Assembly: GCA_965223795.1 (NCBI GenBank)
Contig: CBDCXL010000002.1
Coordinates: 1,472,001 to 1,536,000 of the forward strand
Source: Nitrospinales bacterium
GTDB taxonomy: Bacteria; Nitrospinota; Nitrospinia; Nitrospinales; VA-1
Direction: 5' to 3'
DNA: 64,000 nt
In this document: piece after piece, positions 41,953-52,152 of the stretch
How positions within the stretch are numbered: position 1 is the first letter of the stretch
Layout: the number at the start of each line of letters is the position of its first letter
Position numbers and translations under genes: made by a program
The notes under the pieces: generated by a model
Databases searched by the model: none
Told to the model about the DNA's origin: nothing
The model's input: the letters and a program-made list of their open reading frames with translations, nothing else

Positions 41953-42843
41953 ATGGCAATCGGGAAATTGAATTTAACAACTCACTTGAAACCCAATGCT
42001 ACCCTCTTGAGGGAAATGGGATGTCTTAAACGGGATAATCTCAAAAATAAACTCTACAAATACTTTTGCAAGTTGGAATTTGCGGAAGTTTTTTGGGAAC
42101 CTCACAAATTCAGTTTTTTAACCAATTGGGGAATTCCCAATACCAAGATCGACATTCACCCCAAATACTTTGAGCGATTTGATTCATTAATTGAATATTT
42201 ATTCGATTTATTTCCCAATCAAATTGATCTCAAATTAGATCAATTCAATATTTCCCAGATTGAAATCCATTCTGACATTAAACATCTTCCCCTGGATGTT
42301 GTTTTAGCCCGTCTTTGGGTAATGGGTTACAGGCGTGAAAGTGTCAGTGTCTATAAAGGCAACACAATTTATATAGGCTCTAATCCAAAAGTTCGGGTTT
42401 TTAATGAAACCCAGCAATTAATGCAAAAGGTTGCTAAGAGAAAAGAATTAACCAAATGGGAACGAGATATTTTGCGAAAAAATGAATCAATTACCCGCTT
42501 TTCGATTGAGATTAGAAATTTTGGTAGGAGCCTACTTGATATTGCAAATGATCCAAAACAATTGGTTAATTATTTTGATCGATTCAAATTCTATAACTTC
42601 GAAGATGATGAATTGATTCCCAAATTAGGCGGTCTTCAAATACTAATGTCCAAAATCCGGCGGGAACATCGAAAAGAATTTGAGAAATTCAAGGACAAGG
42701 AATTAGAGGCATTAATTAAAGGAAACTTTCTTTTCGCGATTGACCAATGGTTTAAAGAGGAAAAGAAAGAAAATAATTCCTTCGATTTAGATAAAGAAAT
42801 TGATCGGCAATTAAACGAATTAATTAAAGCAATTAAGAGTTAA
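41953..42843 (+). CDS. Rep_trans-like (rolling-circle initiator fold) protein with atypical catalytic motifs
   Basis: Motif order ISQIEIHSD / TIYIGS..KVRVFNE / TRFSIEI; located upstream of xis-int. Confidence 0.55.
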   Translation: MAIGKLNLTTHLKPNATLLREMGCLKRDNLKNKLYKYFCKLEFAEVFWEPHKFSFLTNWGIPNTKIDIHPKYFERFDSLIEYLFDLFPNQIDLKLDQFNISQIEIHSDIKHLPLDVVLARLWVMGYRRESVSVYKGNTIYIGSNPKVRVFNETQQLMQKVAKRKELTKWERDILRKNESITRFSIEIRNFGRSLLDIANDPKQLVNYFDRFKFYNFEDDELIPKLGGLQILMSKIRREHRKEFEKFKDKELEALIKGNFLFAIDQWFKEEKKENNSFDLDKEIDRQLNELIKAIKS

Positions 42844-42852
42844 TTGATTGCA

Positions 42853-43083
42853 ATGGCATTGAAGAAATTTTTAACAATTAAAGAATTGTCCGAATACCTC
42901 GGGATCAAGCCCAAAACCCTCTATTCCTGGGTATCCAAAAGGGTTTTGCCGCATTACCGGATTGAGGGATTAATACGATTCAAATTGAAGGAAATCGACC
43001 AAAAGATGGATTCCTGCAAAATAAACCAAAATCCTTTGATTGATCGAAAAGTGAATGAAATTGAGGATGAATTCTCCCTTTGA
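42853..43083 (+). CDS. Excisionase-like helix-turn-helix protein
   Basis: FLTIKELSEYLGIKPKTLYSWV...LPHYRIEGLIRF. Confidence 0.88.
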   Translation: MALKKFLTIKELSEYLGIKPKTLYSWVSKRVLPHYRIEGLIRFKLKEIDQKMDSCKINQNPLIDRKVNEIEDEFSL

Positions 43084-43151
43084 TACAATCCCTCTCACAG
43101 ATAAGAGGAAACCAGACCTGAAATCAGCTTCCATAAATAAGGAGGTTGTAT

Positions 43152-44162
43152 ATGGGTCTTTATAGACAGAAGCGAAGCAAGGTCTGGTGGATGAGTTACG
43201 TCAGCCGAGGACAGCAAATCCGCAAATCAACGGGAACCTGTAATAAAAAGGTCGCCGAGACGATCTATTACAAAATCAAAACCCAGATTGCGGAGGGGGT
43301 CTATCTCGACGGTTGCCAGGGAAAGAACAAGACCTTTGTGGAACTGGTGAGGCGGTATCTGAAAGAGGTTTCGCCCAATAAAAAACTAGGAACCCAAAGA
43401 GATGACCGGTCTCATGGAAAGAGGCTGGTGACAGCTTTTGGAAACCGAAAATTAAACGAGATCACTCCTGATTTACTGACCCGCTACATACTCAAACGCA
43501 AAAAGAAAGTGGGACCGAGCACCATCAACCGGGAAATGGCTTTTATCTCAGCCGCCTTTAACCAAGGCATCAAGGTTTGGTGTTGGTGCCGGGATAACCC
43601 GGTTTCCCGCATTAAGCGGGAGAAGGAAACAAAACGGGTTAAGTATTTTTCAGAGAAGGAGTTCTCGGAAATCTACGAACACCTGACCGGTTGGGTGAAA
43701 CCCTTCGTCCTGATTGCAAAAAACACGGGTCTTAGAAAGTCCAATATCGTCCATCTCAAATGGTCTGAGGTAAACCTCAAGGATCGCATCATTATCCTAA
43801 AGGAAGAAGCTACCAAAAACTCGGAACATTTGGGGGTGCCACTCAACACCGTGGCTTTCAAGGTATTGAAGGCCCAAATGAAGCAAAGGAAGCTTCATTC
43901 ACCCTACGTATTGTGCAAAGAAGATGGGAAGCCTTATACCGGTTACGGGGTCTATCAGGCTTTCAAGAAGGCATGTAAGAAAGCAGGGCATCCCGATTTT
44001 CGTTTCCATGATCTAAGGCACGACTTCTGCTCAAAACTGGTTCAGGCAGGGGTGGATCTTTATACGGTCAAGGAACTGGCTGGACACAAGGACATCACCA
44101 CCACACAGAGATATGCTCATCTCAATAGAGGCAAACTGAAAAGTGCTGTGGAAGTCCTGTAA
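43152..44162 (+). CDS. Tyrosine recombinase / phage-type integrase
   Basis: TGLRKSNI (R), HDLRH, AGHKD, TQRYAH (Y); GGAGG RBS. Confidence 0.96.
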   Translation: MGLYRQKRSKVWWMSYVSRGQQIRKSTGTCNKKVAETIYYKIKTQIAEGVYLDGCQGKNKTFVELVRRYLKEVSPNKKLGTQRDDRSHGKRLVTAFGNRKLNEITPDLLTRYILKRKKKVGPSTINREMAFISAAFNQGIKVWCWCRDNPVSRIKREKETKRVKYFSEKEFSEIYEHLTGWVKPFVLIAKNTGLRKSNIVHLKWSEVNLKDRIIILKEEATKNSEHLGVPLNTVAFKVLKAQMKQRKLHSPYVLCKEDGKPYTGYGVYQAFKKACKKAGHPDFRFHDLRHDFCSKLVQAGVDLYTVKELAGHKDITTTQRYAHLNRGKLKSAVEVL

Positions 44163-44167
44163 AAAAA

Positions 44168-44187
44168 TATCATACTTTTATCATAGC
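44168..44187 (+). promoter_or_regulatory. Putative integrase arm-type binding site (right)
   Basis: TATCATACTTTTATCATAGC; IHF consensus (minus strand AATCAACCACTTG) at 44216-44228 next to the core. Confidence 0.7.
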
Positions 44188-44231
44188 CAAAGTAATCGGA
44201 GGGAGAGATGGCTTGCAAGTGGTTGATTTAA

Positions 44232-44306
<75 letters not shown>

Positions 44307-44431
44307 TTTTTGAGGAAGGCGTGACGAATTTGATATTTAACCGCTTCGGCCTGGAAAAATCAACCGCATAAATTCTCCGGGATGGCAAAAAACACCGCAG
44401 TTTCATTTCATTCGCGTACCAATGCATGCGT

Positions 44432-45232
44432 TCAATCCTTCAGTGTGGACCAGGCCATGGAACGGTTGGCGCCTCCGGCCGATCCTTCGCGGCTCAAAAT
44501 CAAAATGCCGAACGCTTCATCGGAACGAAACCAGCTGATCACGTCTTTGAGGATCCTGTCCGGCGGCTCGCCTTGCTCGATTTTCTGATAGGCGCGGATG
44601 GCGGTCAGGTTCATGGTGATGGCTTCGCCGCTGCCGGTGGCGGCGACGGCGCCCAGCGGACCGGCGTACAGGCCGCAGCCGATGAGCGGCACGTCCCCCA
44701 CGCGGCCGGGGATGGCGTTGCCGATGCCGCCGGTGCTCAACCCGGCCGCGAAGTCTTTGCCGTCGAACACGACGCAGCCGACGGTGTCGGTGACCGCGCC
44801 GCCGGTGGAAAAGTCTTTTCCTTTCGCGGTCACCTGATCGCGCTTGAGGGTTTCGAATTTACCTTTAGTTGCAAATTGCGCGGCACCGTCTCCAGCGAGC
44901 ACGCGATACTCGGTCTTGGAAACGGCGTGCGCGATGTGCACGGGATTGCGGAATCCCTGGAGAACCGCGACGGCGCCGAACCGCCCCGCGGAGTCCATGA
45001 CGGCGGCGTCCATTTCCACCGAGCCATCGGAACGCGGATGCGATCCCACTCCCGCGTTGAAGCGGGAATCGTCTTCCAGCACCGCCACGGCGCGGCTCAC
45101 GGACTGTAAAAGCGTTGCTTTCGCGCGGATGGATTCCACGCAGGCCTGGGCGGCCTTGTGGGTGCCGTCGGAATGCCTGGCGTCGGAACCCGCGCCGCCG
45201 TGGGTCAGTACGGTGATGGTGGATTTGGGCAT
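44432..45232 (-). CDS. Isoaspartyl peptidase / L-asparaginase (Ntn hydrolase)
   Basis: THGGAG, FNAGVG, EMDAAVMD, DTVG nucleophile, PGRVGD, ATGSGE. Confidence 0.92.
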   Translation of the reverse strand: MPKSTITVLTHGGAGSDARHSDGTHKAAQACVESIRAKATLLQSVSRAVAVLEDDSRFNAGVGSHPRSDGSVEMDAAVMDSAGRFGAVAVLQGFRNPVHIAHAVSKTEYRVLAGDGAAQFATKGKFETLKRDQVTAKGKDFSTGGAVTDTVGCVVFDGKDFAAGLSTGGIGNAIPGRVGDVPLIGCGLYAGPLGAVAATGSGEAITMNLTAIRAYQKIEQGEPPDRILKDVISWFRSDEAFGILILSREGSAGGANRSMAWSTLKD

Positions 45233-45303
45233 GGTTTTGGCCGTTGATTCGTCGTCCGCGAAAGAGTATCCTAAGCCATTCTTCAAACAGATACCACCGG
45301 GTC

Positions 45304-45684
45304 ATGGTCAAATTCTGTCTGCAATGCAAAAACGCCTTCTGGGGAGGCCAATTCTGCCCCAATTGCGAGGGCGAGGTGCCGCTGCTCGATGCGGCGGAAC
45401 CGGAAAATCAGAAATACCTGGGCCAGCTCAACATCGACGTGCGGCCGAAATATTACGCGCGCAGTTCCATGCTGCTCACCTGCTTCGGCTTCATCATGGC
45501 GCTGCCGCTGGGCGCGTTCGTGTTTCTGCGCGGCATGTCGGCCTCGGGCAACGTCGGCCTGTGGGCCGCCATCGGCCTGACCACGGTGGTGGTGATCTCC
45601 TGGGGCTCCTGGTACCTGTCGCGCAAGCTGTTCGACAAGCAGATGGAAAAGGTGGAAGACATCAAGGAACCGCAGCTCGATTGA
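45304..45684 (+). CDS. Zinc-ribbon plus two-TM hypothetical protein
   Basis: CLQC...CPNC followed by two hydrophobic helices; host-like codon usage. Confidence 0.75.
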   Translation: MVKFCLQCKNAFWGGQFCPNCEGEVPLLDAAEPENQKYLGQLNIDVRPKYYARSSMLLTCFGFIMALPLGAFVFLRGMSASGNVGLWAAIGLTTVVVISWGSWYLSRKLFDKQMEKVEDIKEPQLD

Positions 45685-46189
45685 ACCGCCTTTCCGCACA
45701 GGTCAACATACGCACTCCCGCTGTTCGCGGCACGCTTCCTCACACGGTCCGCCTGCCGATATCTTTGCGATAATGCATGCCTTCCCAGTGGATTTTTTAT
45801 CCAATAGCAGAAAAAAGAGAACTATGCCCTTCGAATAACAACCCAAAACTGACATATATATTGTTTACAAATAAAGTAAATTTACATATAATTCTATACA
45901 TATATTTGTTTTCATTGCCAAAAAGGTAGTTTGAAATAAGGCTTGAAAATTGTTTCTTTTTTTCACAAAATGCTTTGCTTTCGCTAGCTTTCCGACCGAT
46001 TAATGCATAAATTATGTTTGAAGGTGTATTCAAAAAGCTGAATATAAACTTTCGAATCTAATTACTAGTCCCTCGCAAATCAAACCAAGACAAAACATTG
46101 CCATACAATCGCAAGTTTATTATTCATTTAGTTAGGCAAATTCACTCAAATACTACTTGTCAGACCTTCAAGGGAAGTTATTAGCCAAA

Positions 46190-46324
46190 ATGCCTAAAAT
46201 TCTTATAATTGGAAAGTCTGGCAGAATAGATTGTATTACAGATGCTTTAGCTAATAGTAACCGCAACAAGGAATTGTTTGGCTTTTCTGAGGTAAGCGCC
46301 GGGATAGCCCTGCGACGCTATTAG
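46190..46324 (+). pseudogene. N-terminal fragment of an AT-rich PurD-like gene
   Basis: MPKILIIGKSGRIDCITDALANSNRNKELFGFSEV resembles the PurD N-terminus. Confidence 0.5.
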
Positions 46325-47388
46325 CACCACACACACCGCCGACTGTTGTTTCCAGGTCAGGCTCTGTTTTTCCAGCGTGCCGTCGATGCAGGCTTCGAAC
46401 AACGGCACGATGTCGTTTTCAAGACGCATTGAGCAAAGGCATGGGTCTCGGGATCGCCAAAACGGGCGTTGAATTCAACAGACCACAAACCAGACTGGGC
46501 CCGGCTTCTGAAGAACCATGAAGCCCGTAGCGTGAAAAAAGAATCCCCCGGTAGGTGCGGCCCTCCTTGAATCCAATGCATGGACGGCGGGGACCATGAT
46601 TATCTGAATCACCTATTCCTTCAGAATTTCGGTTTTTGAAAACCGATGCCGAAGCATATCTAAGGAATTGAAAGGCGCCCATGCCTGCCGGACTTGTTGG
46701 GGCCCTGGTAAAAGCCGTCGAAAACGGCTATTGTGATGCCTGCGCCAAGAACGAGCGGCAACACCGTGTAGCCATCGGCGAACGCCAGCAGCGAACACCT
46801 TCAATGGCATTCGAGAAATTCTTCGACGACGATTCCGGTTTCAGGCCTCACAAAGTCTTTTGGAGACTTCCTAATGATGGCGGGATGCCTTGCCGAAAAT
46901 CATTCCTTCCCATTTTTCAAGCAAAGCAGCACGCCTTTGCCCGCGTATAAAGACCGTCGGCCTTGACGACCAGCGAGTCCGAGATTTAAAGCTTGGTGGC
47001 ATAGCCGCAAAGGGGGGTAAGAGTTATCGGCGGCGATCGAAGTCACACGGTACCCATCGCAGGTATTTGGATAAAACCGGTGGGGATGCCGTGCCGCTGC
47101 ATCAGGTCTTTCGAGAACGCCTTGCTGCCCTCCAGTTCGAAAGCAACTGTATCGCCGAAGGCCCGAAAACTACCCGCAGTCCGAAAAAAATTTTTCCTGA
47201 AACCGGTCGACTATGATGCCGGCAACGAAAGATGGGCTGTTAACCGGATCCCGAGCGACGGTGAGCCCGATAGGCGGTTTTTTTCCGCAAATTCGAGCAG
47301 GCTGTTTCGATGGACCAATCGTCCGCGGCGAGGGCGACAGGCTTATCGGATCGCATGAAAAGCGCTTGGTCCCGGCGTTGCCGGGAGC
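46290..47388 (-). pseudogene. purD: Heavily frameshifted internal part of phosphoribosylamine-glycine ligase
   Basis: Fragments in shifting frames: APGNAG, VFGPS, LEGSKAFSKDLMQRHGIPT, VVKADGL..GKGV, EFNARFGDPET, AVCVV..SQGYPGAY. Confidence 0.85.
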
Positions 47389-47424
47389 TGCATTAAAATC
47401 TTAGTTCATAATTTAAATTAAAAT

Positions 47425-47453
47425 ACCACTGGCGAAAGCTGGTGGTTTTTTTT
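47425..47453 (+). terminator. Rho-independent terminator
   Basis: ACCACTGGC-GAAA-GCTGGTGGT plus a T run. Confidence 0.75.
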
Positions 47454-47773
47454 GCCCAAAAAAGCAATTAAATTAATATTTTATATTCTTATGTATACAG
47501 CTTAATACTTCTTATCCATCCTGCTGAAATTTACATTTAAACCATTCCGCCGCACGCCGACGATCAGCACGCGCATGGCGATTTTCTCCAAATGCAACAA
47601 GGTGGTGTCATAGAGCGGCAAATTTATATAAAATGCGCTCTGGTTTCAAGTTTTTAAGAGGCCCTCTGAGATTTCGATGCTTCCCTGACAGGCAGCTCGC
47701 GGCTCCTTGATCATAAGGAACGCTCGTTGCCGAACGCAATTTCAGAGGCGCCCTTAGCTTACAGGAGCGGCGG

Positions 47774-48895
47774 GTGGTCCGGCTCGAATCGCTTTCCAAA
47801 TCCTTCGGTTTCAAAACAGTGATCCGCGATCTTTCGCTGGTCGTGCAGGCGGGCGAGCGGTTTGTCCTGCTGGGCCGCAGCGGCTGCGGCAAGACCACGC
47901 TGCTGCGCTTGATCGCCGGGTTCGAGACACCGGACCACGGCACGATCCACATCGGCGGCGAGGACATGCAGCCGCACTCGGTGGAAAACCGGCCGGTGGG
48001 CTTTATTTTTCAAAACTACGCGCTGTTCCCGCACATGAACGTGTACGACAACATCGCGGTGGGACCGAGGATGCGCGGGCTTTCGGAGAGCTCGCTGGCC
48101 GAGCGGATCGACAAGCTGCTCAGGATCACCCACCTGGAAGGGATGAAGGACGCGATGCCCGCCCGCCTGAGCGGCGGCGAAGCGCAGCGCGTGGCGATCG
48201 TGCGGGCCATCGTCAACCGGCCGAAGATCCTGCTGCTGGACGAACCGCTTTCGGCGCTGGACGCCTCGCTCAGGACGCGCCTGCGCGAGGAGCTGAAGGA
48301 AATACAGGAAACGCTGGGCATCACTTTTCTGTATGTGACCCACGATCAGGAAGAGGCGATGAACCTCGCTTCACGCATCGGCATCCTGGAAAAAGGGCGG
48401 CTGCTGCAGGTCGGCGATCCGGAGACGCTGTACAACCAGCCGAACTCGCCTTTCGTCGCCGGATTCCTGGGGACCATCAACCGTTTTGACGGCACGGTCA
48501 AGTATCCCGGTCCGGACTGGACGGTGGTGTCGCTGGGGAAAAAACTCACGTTGAAATGCCGGTCCGATCTCAAGGCGGTGGAGGGCAGCCGGGTCGATTG
48601 TTTCATCCGACCGGAACGGATCTTCTTTTCCGGCAACGAGCGGATTCCGGAACCGGTGAACCGCCTGGAAGCGGTGATCCAGGAAAAGATTTTTTACGGC
48701 AACCAGACCCAGTTCAAAGTGGAAATCGCCGGCGGCCACCCGCTTCTGGTTTCCGGAGGCCACACCCCCGAGGGAACCCGCCCGGTCAATCTGAGAGTGG
48801 ACGAGCGGGTGCCGCTGTTCGTGTCGGGGCATGACATCCTGCTGTTTGAATCCGCACCCGCCCCTGAAAATGCTCTCGATGCGTTTCCCATCTAA
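47774..48895 (+). CDS. ABC transporter ATP-binding protein (PotA-like, with C-terminal TOBE-type extension)
   Basis: GRSGCGKTT, FQNYALFPHM, LSGGE, LLLDEPLSALD, VTHDQEEA. Confidence 0.92.
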   Translation: MVRLESLSKSFGFKTVIRDLSLVVQAGERFVLLGRSGCGKTTLLRLIAGFETPDHGTIHIGGEDMQPHSVENRPVGFIFQNYALFPHMNVYDNIAVGPRMRGLSESSLAERIDKLLRITHLEGMKDAMPARLSGGEAQRVAIVRAIVNRPKILLLDEPLSALDASLRTRLREELKEIQETLGITFLYVTHDQEEAMNLASRIGILEKGRLLQVGDPETLYNQPNSPFVAGFLGTINRFDGTVKYPGPDWTVVSLGKKLTLKCRSDLKAVEGSRVDCFIRPERIFFSGNERIPEPVNRLEAVIQEKIFYGNQTQFKVEIAGGHPLLVSGGHTPEGTRPVNLRVDERVPLFVSGHDILLFESAPAPENALDAFPI

Positions 48896-49700
48896 CAGAT
48901 CCAGCCTGCCCGTTTGGGCATTGTGCCTGCCGCTGTTTTTCCTGTATTGCCTCACGGGCTGTTCGGCGCAAAAGGACACGCCCGCTTCCGGAAAGGTGTT
49001 GAAAGTGGCGACGGACACGACGCTGATCCCCATGTCGTTCATCGGAGACGACGGCCGCGCGACCGGGTTCGAACCCGACCTCATGCAGGCGATCGCCGAA
49101 CGGGCCGGGTTCGACTTTGAATTCATCTCGGTCGAATGGCCGGGCCTGTTCGGCGGGCTGATCACCGGCAAATTCGATTTTGTGATGAGTTCCGTGACAA
49201 TCCTGGAAGAACGGAAAAAGAAAATGGCGTTTTCGATTCCTTATCTTAAAAGCGGGCTGGCGCTCGTGGTGCGCAAAGACAGCGAGGGCGTCGAATCGAT
49301 TGAAGACATCGAGGCGAAGAATCTGCTCGCCGGGGCGCAGCGCGGCACCACGTCGTATTTTTTTCTGGAAAAGCGTCCCGGTGTGCGCAAAAAGGGTTAT
49401 GAGGCTTACGGACACGCGGTGGCGGACCTGATCAAGGGCGAGGTGGACGCGGTGCTCGGAGAAAGCACGGGCACGCTGTACTACAAAAACCACCGCAAGG
49501 ATTATTTTCAGAAGATCAAAATGGTGGGCGAGATTCTGACGGAGGAGCACTACGGCATCGTGCTCCGCAAAGAGGACACGGAGCTGCTGCAAAAGGTGAA
49601 CGCCGCTCTTGAAGCCCTGCTTAAAGACGGGACGGTGAAGCGGCTGCACAGCAAATGGGAGCTGGGCAAGGCGGCGCAGCTGCCCGGCGGGACGGAATAA
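48879..49700 (+). CDS. Polar amino-acid ABC transporter substrate-binding lipoprotein
   Basis: Lipobox LTGC; GFEPDL, TILEERKK, EHYGIV. Confidence 0.88.
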   Translation: MRFPSNRSSLPVWALCLPLFFLYCLTGCSAQKDTPASGKVLKVATDTTLIPMSFIGDDGRATGFEPDLMQAIAERAGFDFEFISVEWPGLFGGLITGKFDFVMSSVTILEERKKKMAFSIPYLKSGLALVVRKDSEGVESIEDIEAKNLLAGAQRGTTSYFFLEKRPGVRKKGYEAYGHAVADLIKGEVDAVLGESTGTLYYKNHRKDYFQKIKMVGEILTEEHYGIVLRKEDTELLQKVNAALEALLKDGTVKRLHSKWELGKAAQLPGGTE

Positions 49701-49723
49701 AAGAACATTTTCTTGAATTGAGG

Positions 49724-50497
49724 ATGCGCGATTCTGTCAAAACGGCGGCCCGCACGGGACCGCAGCATTGGGCGTGGTATCTGGCGCTGGCGGGCAGCCT
49801 TTTTTTTCTCGTCTACCTGCCGGCGCACGACGCGACCCTGCCCGAAGGGGAAACGAAAGACTATCTGATGCTGCTGCCGCTGCTGCCGCAGGGCATCGGC
49901 ATCACGCTTCTGGTGACGCTGCTGGGAAGCGCCGCCGCCATCGCCGTGGGGTTTCTGGTGGCGCTGGGCAAGCTTTCCGAGAGCCGCACGCTGAGGACGC
50001 TGGCCTCGCTGTACACGGAAATTCTGCGCGGCGTGCCGCTTCTGGTGCTGCTGTTCTATATCTATTATGCGCTCGGCCAGTACCTGAGCATCCCGGCGCT
50101 CGCCGCGGCGGTGATCGGGTTCGGCACCTGTTACGGCGCGTACATGGCGGACGTGTTCCGGGCGGGGATCGAGGCGATCCCGAGGGAGCAGGGGGAGGCG
50201 GCGCGCAGCCTGGGGATGAATCCGCGGCAGGCGCTGTTCAAGATCATCCTGCCGCAGGCGATGCGCACGCTGGTGCCCGCCATCGGCAACCAGACGCTGG
50301 GCATGCTGAAGGACACCAGCCTGGTCTCGGTGCTCGCGATCTCGGACATCCTGCGCGTCGGCAACGAGTTCGCCACCAAGCATTTCAATTATTTCGAAAC
50401 CTACACCTACATCGCCCTCACCTACCTGGCGCTGACGCTGCTGATGTCGCGCTTCGTGCTGTATCTCGATCAGCGCAGTCAGACCGACCCCGCCTGA
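49724..50497 (+). CDS. Polar amino-acid ABC transporter permease
   Basis: RGVPLLV, GQ/EAARSLGM loop, LKDTSL. Confidence 0.9.
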   Translation: MRDSVKTAARTGPQHWAWYLALAGSLFFLVYLPAHDATLPEGETKDYLMLLPLLPQGIGITLLVTLLGSAAAIAVGFLVALGKLSESRTLRTLASLYTEILRGVPLLVLLFYIYYALGQYLSIPALAAAVIGFGTCYGAYMADVFRAGIEAIPREQGEAARSLGMNPRQALFKIILPQAMRTLVPAIGNQTLGMLKDTSLVSVLAISDILRVGNEFATKHFNYFETYTYIALTYLALTLLMSRFVLYLDQRSQTDPA

Positions 50498-50925
50498 TCG
50501 CTGTTTCCGGGTCTTTCAACCACCGCCAACCTGGGCAACGCCAATGTGGGCGCTTTTTCGCCGAGCGCATAACGCACCACGTCGACCGCGTCGATCGCAA
50601 GCGAGACGCTGTTGCACGCGATCACGGCAAGGAGCCACTCCGTCATCGGGCTTTCGCTGCCGGATAGGCGCGAGGCCAGCCACAGGATGAGCGGCAGCCA
50701 GTAGATGTGGCCGAGGCCCAGCAGGCGGACGAATCCTTTGCGCTCGAACAGGGCCATCATGGTGCCGGCGCTCAGCAGCAGGGTGAGCAACACCACCTGA
50801 CCCTCGATGGAGGCGATGAACAACAGCGGCGCCACCCCGTTCAACAGCATGAGCAGTCCGACCCAGAGCCGCCACGGCAGGGGCATGAGCCACATCGTCC
50901 TGAAAAAATCGATCATGATTCGCAT
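50479..50925 (-). CDS. Hypothetical four-TM membrane protein
   Basis: GGAGG RBS, hydrophobic segments, RLLGLGH motif. Confidence 0.7.
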   Translation of the reverse strand: MRIMIDFFRTMWLMPLPWRLWVGLLMLLNGVAPLLFIASIEGQVVLLTLLLSAGTMMALFERKGFVRLLGLGHIYWLPLILWLASRLSGSESPMTEWLLAVIACNSVSLAIDAVDVVRYALGEKAPTLALPRLAVVERPGNSDQAGSV

Positions 50926-50998
50926 GTCTTGCCTCCGGTATGAGAACCGCACATACTGAACGATCATTTTGAAAAAGAGCAAAAAAAATGCCGCCGCC

Positions 50999-51607
50999 TT
51001 ACAGGGACGATGGGCCTTTATGGGAAAGAAACAGATGGCCGAGCGCGACCTCCACCATGTTTTCCATGGTGCGCTCGTCGGTCAAGGTGCGGCCGAACAC
51101 GGCCAGTCCCTGGGTGACGCCCAGCAGGTAGCGCGACAGTTTGTCCAGATCACCGGCGCCGTTGATCTCTTTGTTTTCCCGCGCGCCTTCGAGGCAGCGG
51201 CGCAGGCCCCGCTCGATGCGGCGAAAATGCTTGTTGACCCGAACCTGCGCGTCCTTGCCCCGGAGCCTGGACTCGATGGCGGTGTTGGTGATGAAACAGC
51301 CGCGGGTTTTCTCCGGGCGGGTGTATTTTTCGATGAGATTGTGGAAAAAATCCTGCAGGGTGGCGCGGCCGGGCGGTCCCTCTTCCAGGATGCGGATCAT
51401 CTGCGAACTGACGTTGTTGCGGTACATGTCCAATGCTTCCAGAAACAATCCTTCCTTGGAACCGAAGGCCTGGTACATGCCGAACCGGTTGAGCCCCGTG
51501 GCGTTGACGAGATCCTGCACGGAAGTCCCTTCGTACCCCTTTTCCCAGAAGGTCTTCATCGCCTTTTCCACGACGCGGTCGCGGTCGTATTCTTTTTGTC
51601 TGGGCAT
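50999..51607 (-). CDS. TetR/AcrR family transcriptional regulator
   Basis: FWEKGYEGTSVQDLVNATGLNRFGMYQAFGSKEGLF; RGCFITN. Confidence 0.93.
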   Translation of the reverse strand: MPRQKEYDRDRVVEKAMKTFWEKGYEGTSVQDLVNATGLNRFGMYQAFGSKEGLFLEALDMYRNNVSSQMIRILEEGPPGRATLQDFFHNLIEKYTRPEKTRGCFITNTAIESRLRGKDAQVRVNKHFRRIERGLRRCLEGARENKEINGAGDLDKLSRYLLGVTQGLAVFGRTLTDERTMENMVEVALGHLFLSHKGPSSL

Positions 51608-51808
51608 CCTGTGTACTCCGTGCCCCATGCTAAATGAGCATTCTGTTTCTGTCAATCGCCAAAATCGGGGGTAAAAAATCATTCTACCGGCTATCAATAT
51701 ACTTTAAAATGGTCTGAGCCCGGCCGGCCGACGGCTTTCCTGTAAATCCAGAATTTTCCGGGGAAAACGGGCGCTGCGAACGGCGATGATGAGAAAGGAG
51801 CGATCAGG

Positions 51809-52114
51809 ATGGCCGCACAAACTTCGGAAAGCGAAGAAATCAACAAGGACGCCGAGGGGAACCCTCTGGATCCGGAAAACTATTTCGCGGTTGAGGGGAA
51901 AAAATGGGACCCCAAGGCCCAGGATCATGCGGAAATCATAAGCCCACGCCGGGATGCAAACCGGTTCCGCGACGTGGACGACGCCATTCAGCTTTACCGG
52001 TCTTGCGGCTACGACGACTTCCCCGACAGCGGCGGGCAGGATGTGCGCCTCGATCTGGTTCACTACCGGTTCGGCATCCGCCACATCGTGAAAACCAAAA
52101 TCCTCTTTCCCTGA
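51809..52114 (+). CDS. Hypothetical protein
   Basis: AAGGAG RBS, 101 aa, host-like codon usage. Confidence 0.65.
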   Translation: MAAQTSESEEINKDAEGNPLDPENYFAVEGKKWDPKAQDHAEIISPRRDANRFRDVDDAIQLYRSCGYDDFPDSGGQDVRLDLVHYRFGIRHIVKTKILFP

Positions 52115-52152
52115 GCGGGAACCGAACCCTCTCATCCATTGCGGGACGATGC

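Noticed and set aside
32833..44230. Prophage
   Set aside because: No terminase, capsid, tail or lysis genes
45797..46033. 78-aa AT-rich ORF
   Set aside because: No RBS or recognisable motif; probably non-coding AT-rich upstream DNA
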